Positions 47,393-56,743 of a stretch of 64,000 bases of DNA are shown in pieces. The position numbers were made by a program, and so were the translations under genes. Position 1 is the first letter of the stretch; each line of letters begins with the position of its first letter. Source of the stretch: Patescibacteria group bacterium (GTDB lineage: Bacteria > Patescibacteriota > Minisyncoccia > JACQLN01); NCBI GenBank assembly GCA_038065095.1, contig JBBTRR010000001.1:29652-93651 (forward strand), written 5' to 3'. A model generated the notes under the pieces. The model searched no databases. It was not told the origin of the DNA and worked only from the letters and a program-made list of their open reading frames with translations.

Positions 47393-47929
47393 ATGGATAA
47401 TATTTTTTTCGCATCAATCTACAATTTAGCTTTTAAGAATGTTTGGACAGATACACTGATAATACTTTTTGCGGCGTATTGGGAATTTGTAGTGGTAGCA
47501 GTTTTGCTTTTTTATTTATGGACGCCAAAGCTTAGAAAATCGGATTTAAGGACTCGAGCGCTTCATACTGGACTCGCTCTTTTTTCGGCTTTGTTTGCTA
47601 GATTTGGTGTAACATCTCTTATTCGTTTTTTATATCCACGTGAACGCCCGTTTGTTTTTGGTGGATTGGACGCGCTTATAAACCAAAACCCATTAGAAGC
47701 ATCTTTTCCTTCGGGGCATGCTACATTTTTTATGGCATTGGCAGTTTATTTTCTTTTGATTGGCCAACGTAAGCTGGGTATTTTTCTTTTTGTTTCTGCT
47801 ATTTTAATTGGTGTCGCCAGAGTGGCCGCAGGCGTTCATTGGCCGAGCGATGTTTTGGCGGGTTGGGCGATTGGCGCTGTAGTTAGTTATGTTATTTTTT
47901 GGTTTACCAAAAACAAATTTAATAAATAG
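47393..47929 (+). CDS. PAP2-family phosphatase (undecaprenyl-diphosphatase-like)
   Basis: RERP, SFPSGHA and RVAAGVHWPSDV motifs; ATG at 47393. Confidence 0.88.
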   Translation: MDNIFFASIYNLAFKNVWTDTLIILFAAYWEFVVVAVLLFYLWTPKLRKSDLRTRALHTGLALFSALFARFGVTSLIRFLYPRERPFVFGGLDALINQNPLEASFPSGHATFFMALAVYFLLIGQRKLGIFLFVSAILIGVARVAAGVHWPSDVLAGWAIGAVVSYVIFWFTKNKFNK

Positions 47930-48083
47930 CATTTACATAACAGACGGTCACAAAAAAATGTTATAGCATAGATTTGTGACTGTTGATCTATGCTTGTTAG
48001 TTTGAAGCCAGTGTATTATTATACATTGGCTTTTTGGTTCTTTTAAAAAATAGTTCGATTAACTCACCATAAAGGAGGGAAAA

Positions 48084-48662
48084 ATGAATAATATAAATAA
48101 AAACTTGGCCAATATGATAACAGGTATTGGGCTTATCGCTGTAATACTTTTTATAACTTTTTTGTTTAAAGGATACTCTGGGCCAGTTATGATTGTGGCT
48201 ATTTCGATCGTTGCTCTTACGGATTTGATGGATGGAGCTATTGCAAGGGGTTTAAAAATAGTTTCTCAGTTGGGCAAGTCTCTTGATAGAGCTCGTGATA
48301 AACTTTTTGCCTGTGTTCTTTTTGGATTTGAACTAGGTAGATTACTAGAAAAGTCCGACATAGTTTCTAATGCCGCTTCGGCCTTTTTGGTAGCGATACT
48401 TTTATTTGAACTAGGCTTAATAGGTACTTGGATATTCGGCTTGAAAAAGAAGCTAGATGTAAGTGCACATGTTTGGGGTAAAAGAAAGATGTGGTTTTAC
48501 TTTTTTTCGGCTTATCTGTTCTTTGTAGATGTATACTTTGTTCCTTTTTTGGGTAACCAAATATTCGGTGTAGTATTTCTTTCGTGTTTAGCTATCTCGG
48601 CTTTATTGGCTTTCTTAAGTTTGTGGGGCTATATACAGAGATTTTTTCCTTCTAAAACATAA
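48084..48662 (+). CDS. CDP-alcohol phosphatidyltransferase family protein
   Basis: TDLMDGAIAR...SQLGKSLDRARDK motif; AAGGAGG RBS. Confidence 0.8.
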   Translation: MNNINKNLANMITGIGLIAVILFITFLFKGYSGPVMIVAISIVALTDLMDGAIARGLKIVSQLGKSLDRARDKLFACVLFGFELGRLLEKSDIVSNAASAFLVAILLFELGLIGTWIFGLKKKLDVSAHVWGKRKMWFYFFSAYLFFVDVYFVPFLGNQIFGVVFLSCLAISALLAFLSLWGYIQRFFPSKT

Positions 48663-48718
48663 AAAATCCTCCTTTGGGAGGGTTTTTGTTTTGTGGTCAA
48701 GAGCTTCTTGCTTGCATA

Positions 48719-48737
48719 ATACCCCTAGGGGGTGTAT
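48719..48737 (+). promoter_or_regulatory. putative CsoR operator
   Basis: ATACCCCTAGGGGGTGTAT, a C-tract/G-tract pseudo-palindrome directly upstream of csoR. Confidence 0.7.
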
Positions 48738-48750
48738 ACTTATAAACATT

Positions 48751-49014
48751 ATGAATCCAACAAAGAATAAAATAATTCATCGCTTAAAAATAATAGAGGG
48801 GCAAGTTAGGGGTTTACAAGAGATGGTTAAAAAGGATGTTTATTGTATAGATGTTATTACTCAAACATCTGCCGTTAAACAAGGTCTTTCCAATGCCGAA
48901 GATCTGCTTTTGGAAAACCATTTAGATAGCTGTGTATTAAAACAGGTTACTTCCGGCGAAACGAATAAAGCTAAAAAAGAAATTTTAAAAGTTTATAAGC
49001 TTAAAAGAAAATAA
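48751..49014 (+). CDS. csoR: CsoR/RcnR metal-sensing repressor
   Basis: RLKIIEGQVRGL...YCIDVITQ...NHLDSC; ATG at 48751. Confidence 0.88.
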   Translation: MNPTKNKIIHRLKIIEGQVRGLQEMVKKDVYCIDVITQTSAVKQGLSNAEDLLLENHLDSCVLKQVTSGETNKAKKEILKVYKLKRK

Positions 49015-49019
49015 AAATA

Positions 49020-51581
49020 ATGACAACCAAAACATTCAAAATTAAAGGAATGCATTGTGCTAGTTGTGTTGCAACAATTGAGCGTGTGCTTTTAAAGACA
49101 ATTGGTGTGCGTTCGGCTTCAGTTAATTTTGCTTCGGAATCGGCATTTGTTGAGTTTGATGAAAAAATCATTTCAGAGTCAAATCTCGCAAAAATTGTTG
49201 AATCAGTGGGTTATCACCTTGAAGTGAACACGAAAGAAAAAATCATATCTGTTGCAACCGACAAAAAAGGAAAGGTAATTATTGGCAAAAATATTGAAAC
49301 AATTTCAATGAAAGTCTTAGGTATGGATTCTCCTCATTGCGCAATGACGGTTGAGAGCGCACTTAAAAAGTTATCGGGCATTAAAAACACTGATATTGAT
49401 TTTTCAAATCAGCGCGCAAAAATTATTTTTGACTCGTCTCTGTTAAATATTGGCGATATTTTTAAAGTTATTACTGATGCTGGCTATAAGCCGATTGAAG
49501 AAGAGGGTGAGGCGGAAGAGATCTTGGATAAAGAAAAGTTTGAACGGGAGAAGCAAATAAAAACCATGAAACTCAAGCTTGTGATTGGCGGTATTCTTTC
49601 ATTTTTTATATTTTTAGGCAGTTTTCCGCAGTGGTTCTCTTTTGTACCACAAGTTTTAAATAGTAATTGGGTTCTTTTAATTTTAACTACCCCAGTGCAA
49701 TTTTGGGTTGGTTATCAGTTTTACAGCGGACTCAAGCTTCTCATTAAATATCGCACTGCCGATATGAACACTTTGATTGCTATTGGGACATTAGCTGCAT
49801 ATTTCTATAGTGTGGCAGTTACAATTTTTCCGGTTTTTTTCGCAAGAGAAGGGCTAATGCCGGCAACCTACTTTGATACTTCGGCAATAATTATCGTTTT
49901 AATTCTTTTAGGAAAGTATTTTGAGATATTGATGAAAGGAAGGGCTTCGGAGGCTATTAAAAAACTTATCGGTCTACAACCTAAAACCGCAAAAGTTATA
50001 AAAGGAGGAAAAGAAATCGAAATATTGATTTCCGATGTTATGCTGGGCGATTTAATAGTTGTTCGACCAGGAGAAAGAATTCCGGTTGATGGAAAGATAA
50101 CTGAAGGAGACTCGGAAATTGATGAGTCAATGATTACCGGAGAATCAATGCCTGTTCATAAAAAAGTTGATAGTGCGGTTATAGGTAGCACCATAAATAA
50201 ATTCGGAACATTCACTTTTCGGGCGACTAAAATTGGCAAAGATACTGTGCTTTCGCAAATAATTAAAATGGTAGAGGAAGCCCAAGGTTCTAAGGCTCCG
50301 ATTCAGCGGCTGGCCGATCTTGTTTCCTCTTATTTCGTTCCGGCGGTGTTCATTATTTCTTTTTTAACTTTTATTGTTTGGTTTTTCTTTGGACCTACCC
50401 CTGCTTTTACTTTTGCTCTTATAAATTTCGTGGCAGTTTTGATAATTGCTTGTCCTTGCGCTCTTGGTCTTGCTACCCCTATGGCTATTATGGTTTCTTC
50501 TGGTAGCGCGGCAAGTAAAGGTATTTTAATAAAAGATGCTGCTTCGCTTGAAATTGCTAATAAAATAAACACTGTGATTTTAGATAAAACAGGCACGCTT
50601 ACACAAGGAAAACCGCAACTAACTGATATTGTTGCGTTCAATAATAACCACCAAGTAGATATTCTTAATCTCGCAGCTTCGTTGGAACAAAGGTCGGAAC
50701 ATCCTTTGGCACAGGCTATATTGCAGTATGCTGCAAGTCTTGATCAAAAATCCTCGCACCCTCTTGATAGGGCGATTATTGATGAGGTGGCAAAAGAAAA
50801 TATTGGACTCTATCAATTGGAAAATTTTAAAGCAATCTCCGGAAAGGGTTTACAAGGATTTTTACAAATTCAATCTCAAAGGGTTGAGGCATATTTAGGA
50901 AACCGAGCCTTAATGACAGACATTGGTCTTGATGTTTCTTTATACGAAGATGTTATTAGCAAGCTTGAAAATGAAGGTAAAACAGTAATGATTGTTGCAG
51001 TTGATAAAAAAATTAAAGGCGCGCTTGCTGTGGCCGATGTATTAAAAAAAGAAGCAATTGAAGCAGTACAAACTCTCAAAAAGAACAATATAGATGTTTG
51101 GATGCTTACTGGGGATAATGACCGCACTGCCCGCGCCATTGCGGCGCAAGTAGGCATAGACAATATAATGAGTGAGATATTACCAGACAAGAAATCGGAA
51201 AAGGTGCGCGAACTTCAGAATCAAGGAAAAATTGTGGCAATGATTGGTGACGGCATAAACGACGCTCCGGCGCTTACGCAAGCTAATATTGGTATTGCTA
51301 TGGGCGAAGGCACGGATATTGCCATGGAGTCGGCTAATATCACGCTGATGCGGGGAGATTTGATGCTTATCCCAGAAGTAATAAATATTTCTAAACGCAC
51401 AATGAGAATAATAAAACAAAATCTTTTCTGGGCGTTTTTCTACAATATAGCTTTTATTCCTGTTGCTGCGGGTGTTCTTTATCCGTTTTTTGGAATTCTG
51501 CTTAATCCAATTTTTGCCGCGACAGCAATGGCCTTTAGCAGTATTAGCGTTGTTTTAAATTCATTAAGATTAAGAGTGTAG
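49020..51581 (+). CDS. copA: copper-translocating P1B ATPase
   Basis: GMHCASC metal-binding domain, TGES, CPCALG, DKTGT, GDGINDAP, YN and MAFSS motifs. Confidence 0.93.
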   Translation: MTTKTFKIKGMHCASCVATIERVLLKTIGVRSASVNFASESAFVEFDEKIISESNLAKIVESVGYHLEVNTKEKIISVATDKKGKVIIGKNIETISMKVLGMDSPHCAMTVESALKKLSGIKNTDIDFSNQRAKIIFDSSLLNIGDIFKVITDAGYKPIEEEGEAEEILDKEKFEREKQIKTMKLKLVIGGILSFFIFLGSFPQWFSFVPQVLNSNWVLLILTTPVQFWVGYQFYSGLKLLIKYRTADMNTLIAIGTLAAYFYSVAVTIFPVFFAREGLMPATYFDTSAIIIVLILLGKYFEILMKGRASEAIKKLIGLQPKTAKVIKGGKEIEILISDVMLGDLIVVRPGERIPVDGKITEGDSEIDESMITGESMPVHKKVDSAVIGSTINKFGTFTFRATKIGKDTVLSQIIKMVEEAQGSKAPIQRLADLVSSYFVPAVFIISFLTFIVWFFFGPTPAFTFALINFVAVLIIACPCALGLATPMAIMVSSGSAASKGILIKDAASLEIANKINTVILDKTGTLTQGKPQLTDIVAFNNNHQVDILNLAASLEQRSEHPLAQAILQYAASLDQKSSHPLDRAIIDEVAKENIGLYQLENFKAISGKGLQGFLQIQSQRVEAYLGNRALMTDIGLDVSLYEDVISKLENEGKTVMIVAVDKKIKGALAVADVLKKEAIEAVQTLKKNNIDVWMLTGDNDRTARAIAAQVGIDNIMSEILPDKKSEKVRELQNQGKIVAMIGDGINDAPALTQANIGIAMGEGTDIAMESANITLMRGDLMLIPEVINISKRTMRIIKQNLFWAFFYNIAFIPVAAGVLYPFFGILLNPIFAATAMAFSSISVVLNSLRLRV

Positions 51582-51611
51582 ACAAAATTATAAAAATAAT
51601 TTAAAAATTTT

Positions 51612-51815
51612 ATGACAAATTCAAACTTAGGTAAATTAGATAGGATATTGCGATTTGCTTTAGCTTTCTGGTGGCTTGGGCCGTTGGCGCCACATTTTGA
51701 CGCAAATTGGGCAAATATAATTATTACTTCTATTGGATGGATTGCTCTTATTGAAAGTTTCTTAGGCTGGTGTTGGCTTCATACTGCTTTCGGCATTAAT
51801 AACAAGGACAAATAG
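51612..51815 (+). CDS. DUF2892-like small membrane protein
   Basis: NLGKLDRILR...GWC..H..FGIN. Confidence 0.65.
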   Translation: MTNSNLGKLDRILRFALAFWWLGPLAPHFDANWANIIITSIGWIALIESFLGWCWLHTAFGINNKDK

Positions 51816-51843
51816 CAGTATCATTAAATTGACTAAAATAGTT

Positions 51844-52248
51844 ATGATTATACGAAGTATAAAATCGCTAATAGGAGTTTTTGTTTTACTTGCTTACATA
51901 AGTATTGGCGTTTTTGGTTTATTTGAATTTAATCACACGCCCGAAACACCAATGGTAAATTGCCCGTACGCAGAAAATAGTTTTTCTGTATGCGCCAACA
52001 ACCTTGGCCATTTAAATAATTGGCGTCAGTTTTCAAATATAACCTTACCGTTACTGTTTGTTTTTTCTATTCTGATTTTGGGGATGGTTTTGTATTTTCT
52101 TGGCAAACAAAAATTTTTAAATCAAAAACAGTATTTTTATAAATGGAAATTCTATCTAGACAATAGAAAACGATACACCTATCCCGATAGAATTATTAAA
52201 TGGCTTTCACTTTTTGAAAATAGCCCGTCTTTTTCATATAAGATATAG
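51844..52248 (+). CDS. hypothetical membrane protein
   Basis: 2 TM helices with an H..M..CP...C...H loop; ends LFENSPS. Confidence 0.55.
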   Translation: MIIRSIKSLIGVFVLLAYISIGVFGLFEFNHTPETPMVNCPYAENSFSVCANNLGHLNNWRQFSNITLPLLFVFSILILGMVLYFLGKQKFLNQKQYFYKWKFYLDNRKRYTYPDRIIKWLSLFENSPSFSYKI

Positions 52249-52360
52249 CTTTAATTTGTCGTAAAATTTTTAGCTATGTCTTTTTTAAATCCCTATTACG
52301 GGATTTTTTAATTCACATAAAACTCCACAGCTTCTACGGAGAGAAACTTTAGAAAAAAAT

Positions 52361-52879
52361 ATGAAAAACAAAATTATTGTGTATATTATTGCTATTGTAA
52401 TTCTTTTTATCGGAATATTCTTGTATGCAAAACCTAATGAAAGCAAAAAAGTAGATGATGGAAAAATAACAAACTCACATCCAGCTAAAACAGAGGGCAC
52501 TTTAGTGGCCAAAGAAATATTTTATGACTTCGGAACAATTTCTATGAAAAACGGCAAAGTGAGTAAATTGTTCAAAATTAACAATTCTACAAGTGAAGAT
52601 ATAAAATTGCCGAGCTTAACTACTTCTTGTATGTGCACAGCGGCATATTTTATAGATTCAGATAGAAACAAAAAAGGACCTTTTGGTATGCCTGGTATGG
52701 GGTTTGTTCCCAAATTAAACGCAATTATAAAAGCTGGAACATCGGGTGAGATTGAAGCTGTATACGATCCAAATGCTCATGGTCCAGCTGGGGTTGGTAT
52801 GATTGATCGATTTATTTATCTTGAAGATGCAAATAACAATAAATTGCAATTTGAGATAAAAGCAAACGTAACACCTTAA
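52361..52879 (+). CDS. DUF1573-like exported protein
   Basis: YDFGTI, TSCMCT and DPNAHGP motifs. Confidence 0.7.
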   Translation: MKNKIIVYIIAIVILFIGIFLYAKPNESKKVDDGKITNSHPAKTEGTLVAKEIFYDFGTISMKNGKVSKLFKINNSTSEDIKLPSLTTSCMCTAAYFIDSDRNKKGPFGMPGMGFVPKLNAIIKAGTSGEIEAVYDPNAHGPAGVGMIDRFIYLEDANNNKLQFEIKANVTP

Positions 52880-52884
52880 ACTGT

Positions 52885-53664
52885 ATGAAAAAAATTATTA
52901 TTGCAACTAGTATCGTGCTGACCGCTATTATTGGATTGATTATTATCAAAAATAGTTCGGTAACCTCGTCTGTTATTTGGAATTTGAGCAATCAAGGCGT
53001 ATGGCTTTTGCCGCTTGTGCTTATTGCCGCAGTTTTAGACAGTGTACACCCGTGTTCGTTCTCAATTCTTCTTATTACGATTGCTTTTCTGTTTGGCATA
53101 CAAATGGGCCGTAAGAAAATTCTGGCGCTTGGCGGAACATATATTGCCGGTATATTTACCGCGTATTTCTTGATTGGAGTTGGGATATTGAAGGTTTTGC
53201 ATATCTTCAATACTCCGCACTTTATGGGAAAATTAGGGGCAACACTCCTTATTACGTTTGGCGTGCTCAATCTTTTGAATCGCTTCCTTCCATCATTTCC
53301 CATCAAGCTTCGCCTGCCAGCTGTGGCTCACGGCACGATGAGCAAATTAATGGATAAAGCTTCGTTTTCTGCGGTGTTTGTGCTTGGCCTTTTGGTTGGC
53401 ATTTGCCAGTTTCCTTGTATGGGCGGGCCGTACCTTATGGTTATCGGACTTCTGAAAGATCAAGTTACCTATATGAAAGGATTTGGTTATTTAATGCTTT
53501 ATAATTTTATTCTTATCATTCCACTTGTTGTTGTACTCTTTATTTCTGCAAACAAAGTGTTAGTTGAAAAAATGGAAGTATGGAAACGCGATAATATGAA
53601 TGATTTAAAACTCTGGGCAGGTATTGCTATGATTATTATTGGTGTTTTAATATTCTTTATCTAA
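52885..53664 (+). CDS. CcdA/DsbD-like transmembrane thiol protein
   Basis: DSVHPCSF and QFPCMGGPY motifs. Confidence 0.75.
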   Translation: MKKIIIATSIVLTAIIGLIIIKNSSVTSSVIWNLSNQGVWLLPLVLIAAVLDSVHPCSFSILLITIAFLFGIQMGRKKILALGGTYIAGIFTAYFLIGVGILKVLHIFNTPHFMGKLGATLLITFGVLNLLNRFLPSFPIKLRLPAVAHGTMSKLMDKASFSAVFVLGLLVGICQFPCMGGPYLMVIGLLKDQVTYMKGFGYLMLYNFILIIPLVVVLFISANKVLVEKMEVWKRDNMNDLKLWAGIAMIIIGVLIFFI

Positions 53665-53671
53665 AACTAAT

Positions 53672-54127
53672 ATGATTATTACAATAATATCAATTTTACT
53701 TATCACGCCTGTAATTTGGTTGGTAAGTAAAAAATTAAAGTTTAAAATTTGCCCAATTTGTGCTGGAGTTTCTTTGACATGGTTTTGGTTGTTGGTTGGA
53801 ATAAAATTAAATTTACTAAGTTCTGCCGACTATCAGTTACCTACGGCTATTTTAATGGGTGGAACTGTTGTTGGTTTAATGTTTAAATTGGAACAATTTA
53901 TCAAAATAAAATTTGTTTTGATTTGGAAAACACTATTTGTTGCATTAGGTTTTATGGTGGTGCACAGCTTGATGTTTGCTAACTGGATGATTTTTCTAGT
54001 CAGCGCTATTTTAGTTGTTTTGCTTACTTTTATTTTAAAGGTAAGTAAAACAACTTTAGAAAACCAGAAATTGCACGAGGTTTCTTCGTCAAAGGAACTT
54101 GAAGAAAAAATGAAAAATTGTTGTTAA
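53672..54127 (+). CDS. membrane protein with CPIC motif and C-terminal CC
   Basis: ICPICAGV; ends MKNCC. Confidence 0.65.
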   Translation: MIITIISILLITPVIWLVSKKLKFKICPICAGVSLTWFWLLVGIKLNLLSSADYQLPTAILMGGTVVGLMFKLEQFIKIKFVLIWKTLFVALGFMVVHSLMFANWMIFLVSAILVVLLTFILKVSKTTLENQKLHEVSSSKELEEKMKNCC

Positions 54128-54155
54128 GAAAAATTATAATAATTAAAATAAAAAT

Positions 54156-55106
54156 ATGGAAGACGAAATACCAAAAAAAAATAACTCATATGCTTTGCCA
54201 ATAACCATTATTATCGCGGGAGCTATGATTGCGGTGGCTTTGGTCTATGGTCCTAGAAACTGGGCGACGTCAACACAAAACATTGCTGGGCAAGTCTCGG
54301 TGGTTGAAGAAGCTGTCTTGCCTTCAAAAGGCGTTGTGCTTCCAGTTACTTGGAGTGATCTCGGATTAAAGCTTGTTAGTGTAGGAGCTATTGATGCTGA
54401 AAAATTTAAAGCTGTCTATGATCAAAAAAGGGTTTTTACCGATGAATATAAAAACCTTCTTCTTGGTAAGAGCGATGGCAAACTCAAAATAACAAATGAA
54501 AATTCCGGTTATTTGCTTAATCTGTTTTGGGCGCTTGGTCTAGCCAGCAAAAATCCAATATTGGAATCAGGCGAGATGACAAATCCGGCCTATGGGGGCG
54601 CGGGAAATTTTGCTTCAACAGGCGGTTGGACAATTGCGCAAGGCAACGCTATGGATCATTACAGTCGCCATAAATTTTTTGATTTAACTTCCGAACAGCA
54701 AGCTCTTGTAGATAAAATATCAAAAGGCATATACAGACCGTGTTGTGGCAATTCCACGCATTTTCCGGACTGTAATCATGGAATGGCTATGCTCGGTCTT
54801 CTTGAGCTTATGGCTTCGCAGGGTACAAGTGAACAGGATATGTGGCGAGCAGCTTTAGCTGTTAATTCCTATTGGTTTCCAGACACATATATAACAATTG
54901 CGGCCTATATGAAAGGCAAAGGCGTTGAATGGAAAGATGTAAATCCGCAAGAAATACTGGGCGCTAACTATTCAAGCGCGCAGGGATATGCAGAGATTGC
55001 CGCTCAAGTTTCTCAACCTCATCAGCAAGGAGGTGGAAGTGGTTGCGGAGTTGGCGCTGGAGAACCAGCTGCACCACAACGTCAGCAGGGCGGATGTGGA
55101 ATATAA
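54156..55106 (+). CDS. exported putative metal-binding protein
   Basis: RPCCGNSTHFPDCNHG; C-terminal GCG repeats. Confidence 0.65.
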   Translation: MEDEIPKKNNSYALPITIIIAGAMIAVALVYGPRNWATSTQNIAGQVSVVEEAVLPSKGVVLPVTWSDLGLKLVSVGAIDAEKFKAVYDQKRVFTDEYKNLLLGKSDGKLKITNENSGYLLNLFWALGLASKNPILESGEMTNPAYGGAGNFASTGGWTIAQGNAMDHYSRHKFFDLTSEQQALVDKISKGIYRPCCGNSTHFPDCNHGMAMLGLLELMASQGTSEQDMWRAALAVNSYWFPDTYITIAAYMKGKGVEWKDVNPQEILGANYSSAQGYAEIAAQVSQPHQQGGGSGCGVGAGEPAAPQRQQGGCGI

Positions 55107-55184
55107 ATTAAGCAATATAATTATTTTTTGGAGATAATTCACTAATTTGTAAATAGTGGCTTTTTGTGATAAATTACGTGTTCA

Positions 55185-56207
55185 ATGTCAAAAAAATACA
55201 CATTTCATGTAAAAGGAATGCATTGTAAAGCTTGCGTGGTTCTTGTTGAATCCGAGCTTAAAGAATTGCCAGAGGTATCTTCTGCGGAGGCTTCGCTTAA
55301 AGATTTAAGCGTAGAAGTTTCTGGAAATTTTGGTGATAAAACTGCGGAGCATATTGCTAAAGATTTAAGTGAAACAATAAAAAAACACGGCTATGAACTT
55401 TTACTAGAAAAAGAAAAACATTCTGTTAAATGGAATGATTTTTTAATTGCCGGCCCGATAGCTTTGGGTTTTATTTTACTTTTTATCTTTTTACAAAAGA
55501 TAGGTTTAGTAAATTTAGTTAATAGTTCTAAAGTTGGTTTTGGCACAGCTTTTGTTATCGGTCTCATTGCTTCAGTTTCTACTTGTATGGCGGTGGTGGG
55601 TGGTTTGGTGTTGTCTATGTCGGCAAATTTTGCCAAAGAAGGCGATAAGATAAAACCTCAATCCTTGTTTCATGTTGGGCGTTTAATTTCTTTCTTTTTG
55701 TTGGGTGGTATTATCGGGGCGGTAGGCTCTTCTTTTCAGTTGGGTGGAACCGGAGTGTTTATATTAAGTTTTTTGGTGGCAATTATTCTTTTAGTTTTAG
55801 GCATAAACTTAATAGATGTTTTTCCTTGGGCTAAAAAATTTCAACCCACCTTACCTGCTTTTTTAGGTAAGCGTGTACATAGTTTAAAAAATATTAATCA
55901 TACATTAACTCCATTCTTAATTGGTGTAGCTACGTTTTTTTTACCATGTGGTTTTACTCAATCAATGCAGATTTATACACTAACTACTGGAAGTTTTTTA
56001 ACGGGCGCTTTAACAATGTTTTTCTTTGCGTTAGGCACGTTACCAGTGCTTTCGCTTTTAAGTTTCAGTTCGCTGGGGATTCACAAAAAAGCACAGTCAG
56101 GAATATTTTTTAAGACGGCTGGTTTGGTGGTAATATTTTTTGGAATTTTTAATTTAATTAATAGTTTGGTCGCGATAGGTTTGATACAACCATTGTTTAA
56201 TTTTTAG
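55185..56207 (+). CDS. HMA domain + DsbD_2/TauE-like membrane protein
   Basis: GMHCKAC, STCMAVVGG and LPCGF motifs. Confidence 0.8.
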   Translation: MSKKYTFHVKGMHCKACVVLVESELKELPEVSSAEASLKDLSVEVSGNFGDKTAEHIAKDLSETIKKHGYELLLEKEKHSVKWNDFLIAGPIALGFILLFIFLQKIGLVNLVNSSKVGFGTAFVIGLIASVSTCMAVVGGLVLSMSANFAKEGDKIKPQSLFHVGRLISFFLLGGIIGAVGSSFQLGGTGVFILSFLVAIILLVLGINLIDVFPWAKKFQPTLPAFLGKRVHSLKNINHTLTPFLIGVATFFLPCGFTQSMQIYTLTTGSFLTGALTMFFFALGTLPVLSLLSFSSLGIHKKAQSGIFFKTAGLVVIFFGIFNLINSLVAIGLIQPLFNF

Positions 56208-56212
56208 AAAAA

Positions 56213-56608
56213 ATGAAACTAACAATTATTTCTATAATAATTTCGGCTGGCGTTGTTTTTGCTGCTATATTTTTTGCTAATAACAGAAATTCTTTGGGTT
56301 TGCCCGATAGCGAACCTGTGGCGGTTTCGCAAGTTGTAGATGGTAAACAAGTTATAGAAATTAAAGCTAAGGGCGGCTATACGCCTCGCGAAATTTTAGC
56401 TAAAGCCGATATGCCCACGGTTATTAAAGTAAAAACACAAGGCACATTTGATTGTTCTTCGGCTTTGGTTATTCCAAGTTTAAATTACAGATCTAATTTA
56501 TCGCCATCGGGTGTTACCGAAATTGAAGTGCCTCCGCAAAAAATAGGTGCCGTTATAAACGGCACCTGCGCTATGGGTATGTATGGGTTTTCTATAAAGT
56601 TTAATTAG
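56213..56608 (+). CDS. cupredoxin-domain protein
   Basis: GGYTP...C...CAMGMY. Confidence 0.8.
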   Translation: MKLTIISIIISAGVVFAAIFFANNRNSLGLPDSEPVAVSQVVDGKQVIEIKAKGGYTPREILAKADMPTVIKVKTQGTFDCSSALVIPSLNYRSNLSPSGVTEIEVPPQKIGAVINGTCAMGMYGFSIKFN

Positions 56609-56663
56609 GTGTTTTATTTAAACAAAAAAAAGGGAGAATTACTCATTCTTCCTATTTTCATAT

Positions 56664-56708
56664 TGGGGATAACTATTGTTTGTATACCTTCTATTTATTT
56701 TCTATAAT
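56664..56708 (+). promoter_or_regulatory. DnaA-box-like site and direct repeat TTCTA-N6-TTCTA overlapping TATAAT
   Basis: TGGGGATAA (56664-72); TTCTA 56689-93, TTCTA 56700-04, TATAAT 56703-08. Confidence 0.45.
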
Positions 56709-56743
56709 TATATTATAGTCTCTACAAAAATATCGTCAATACT

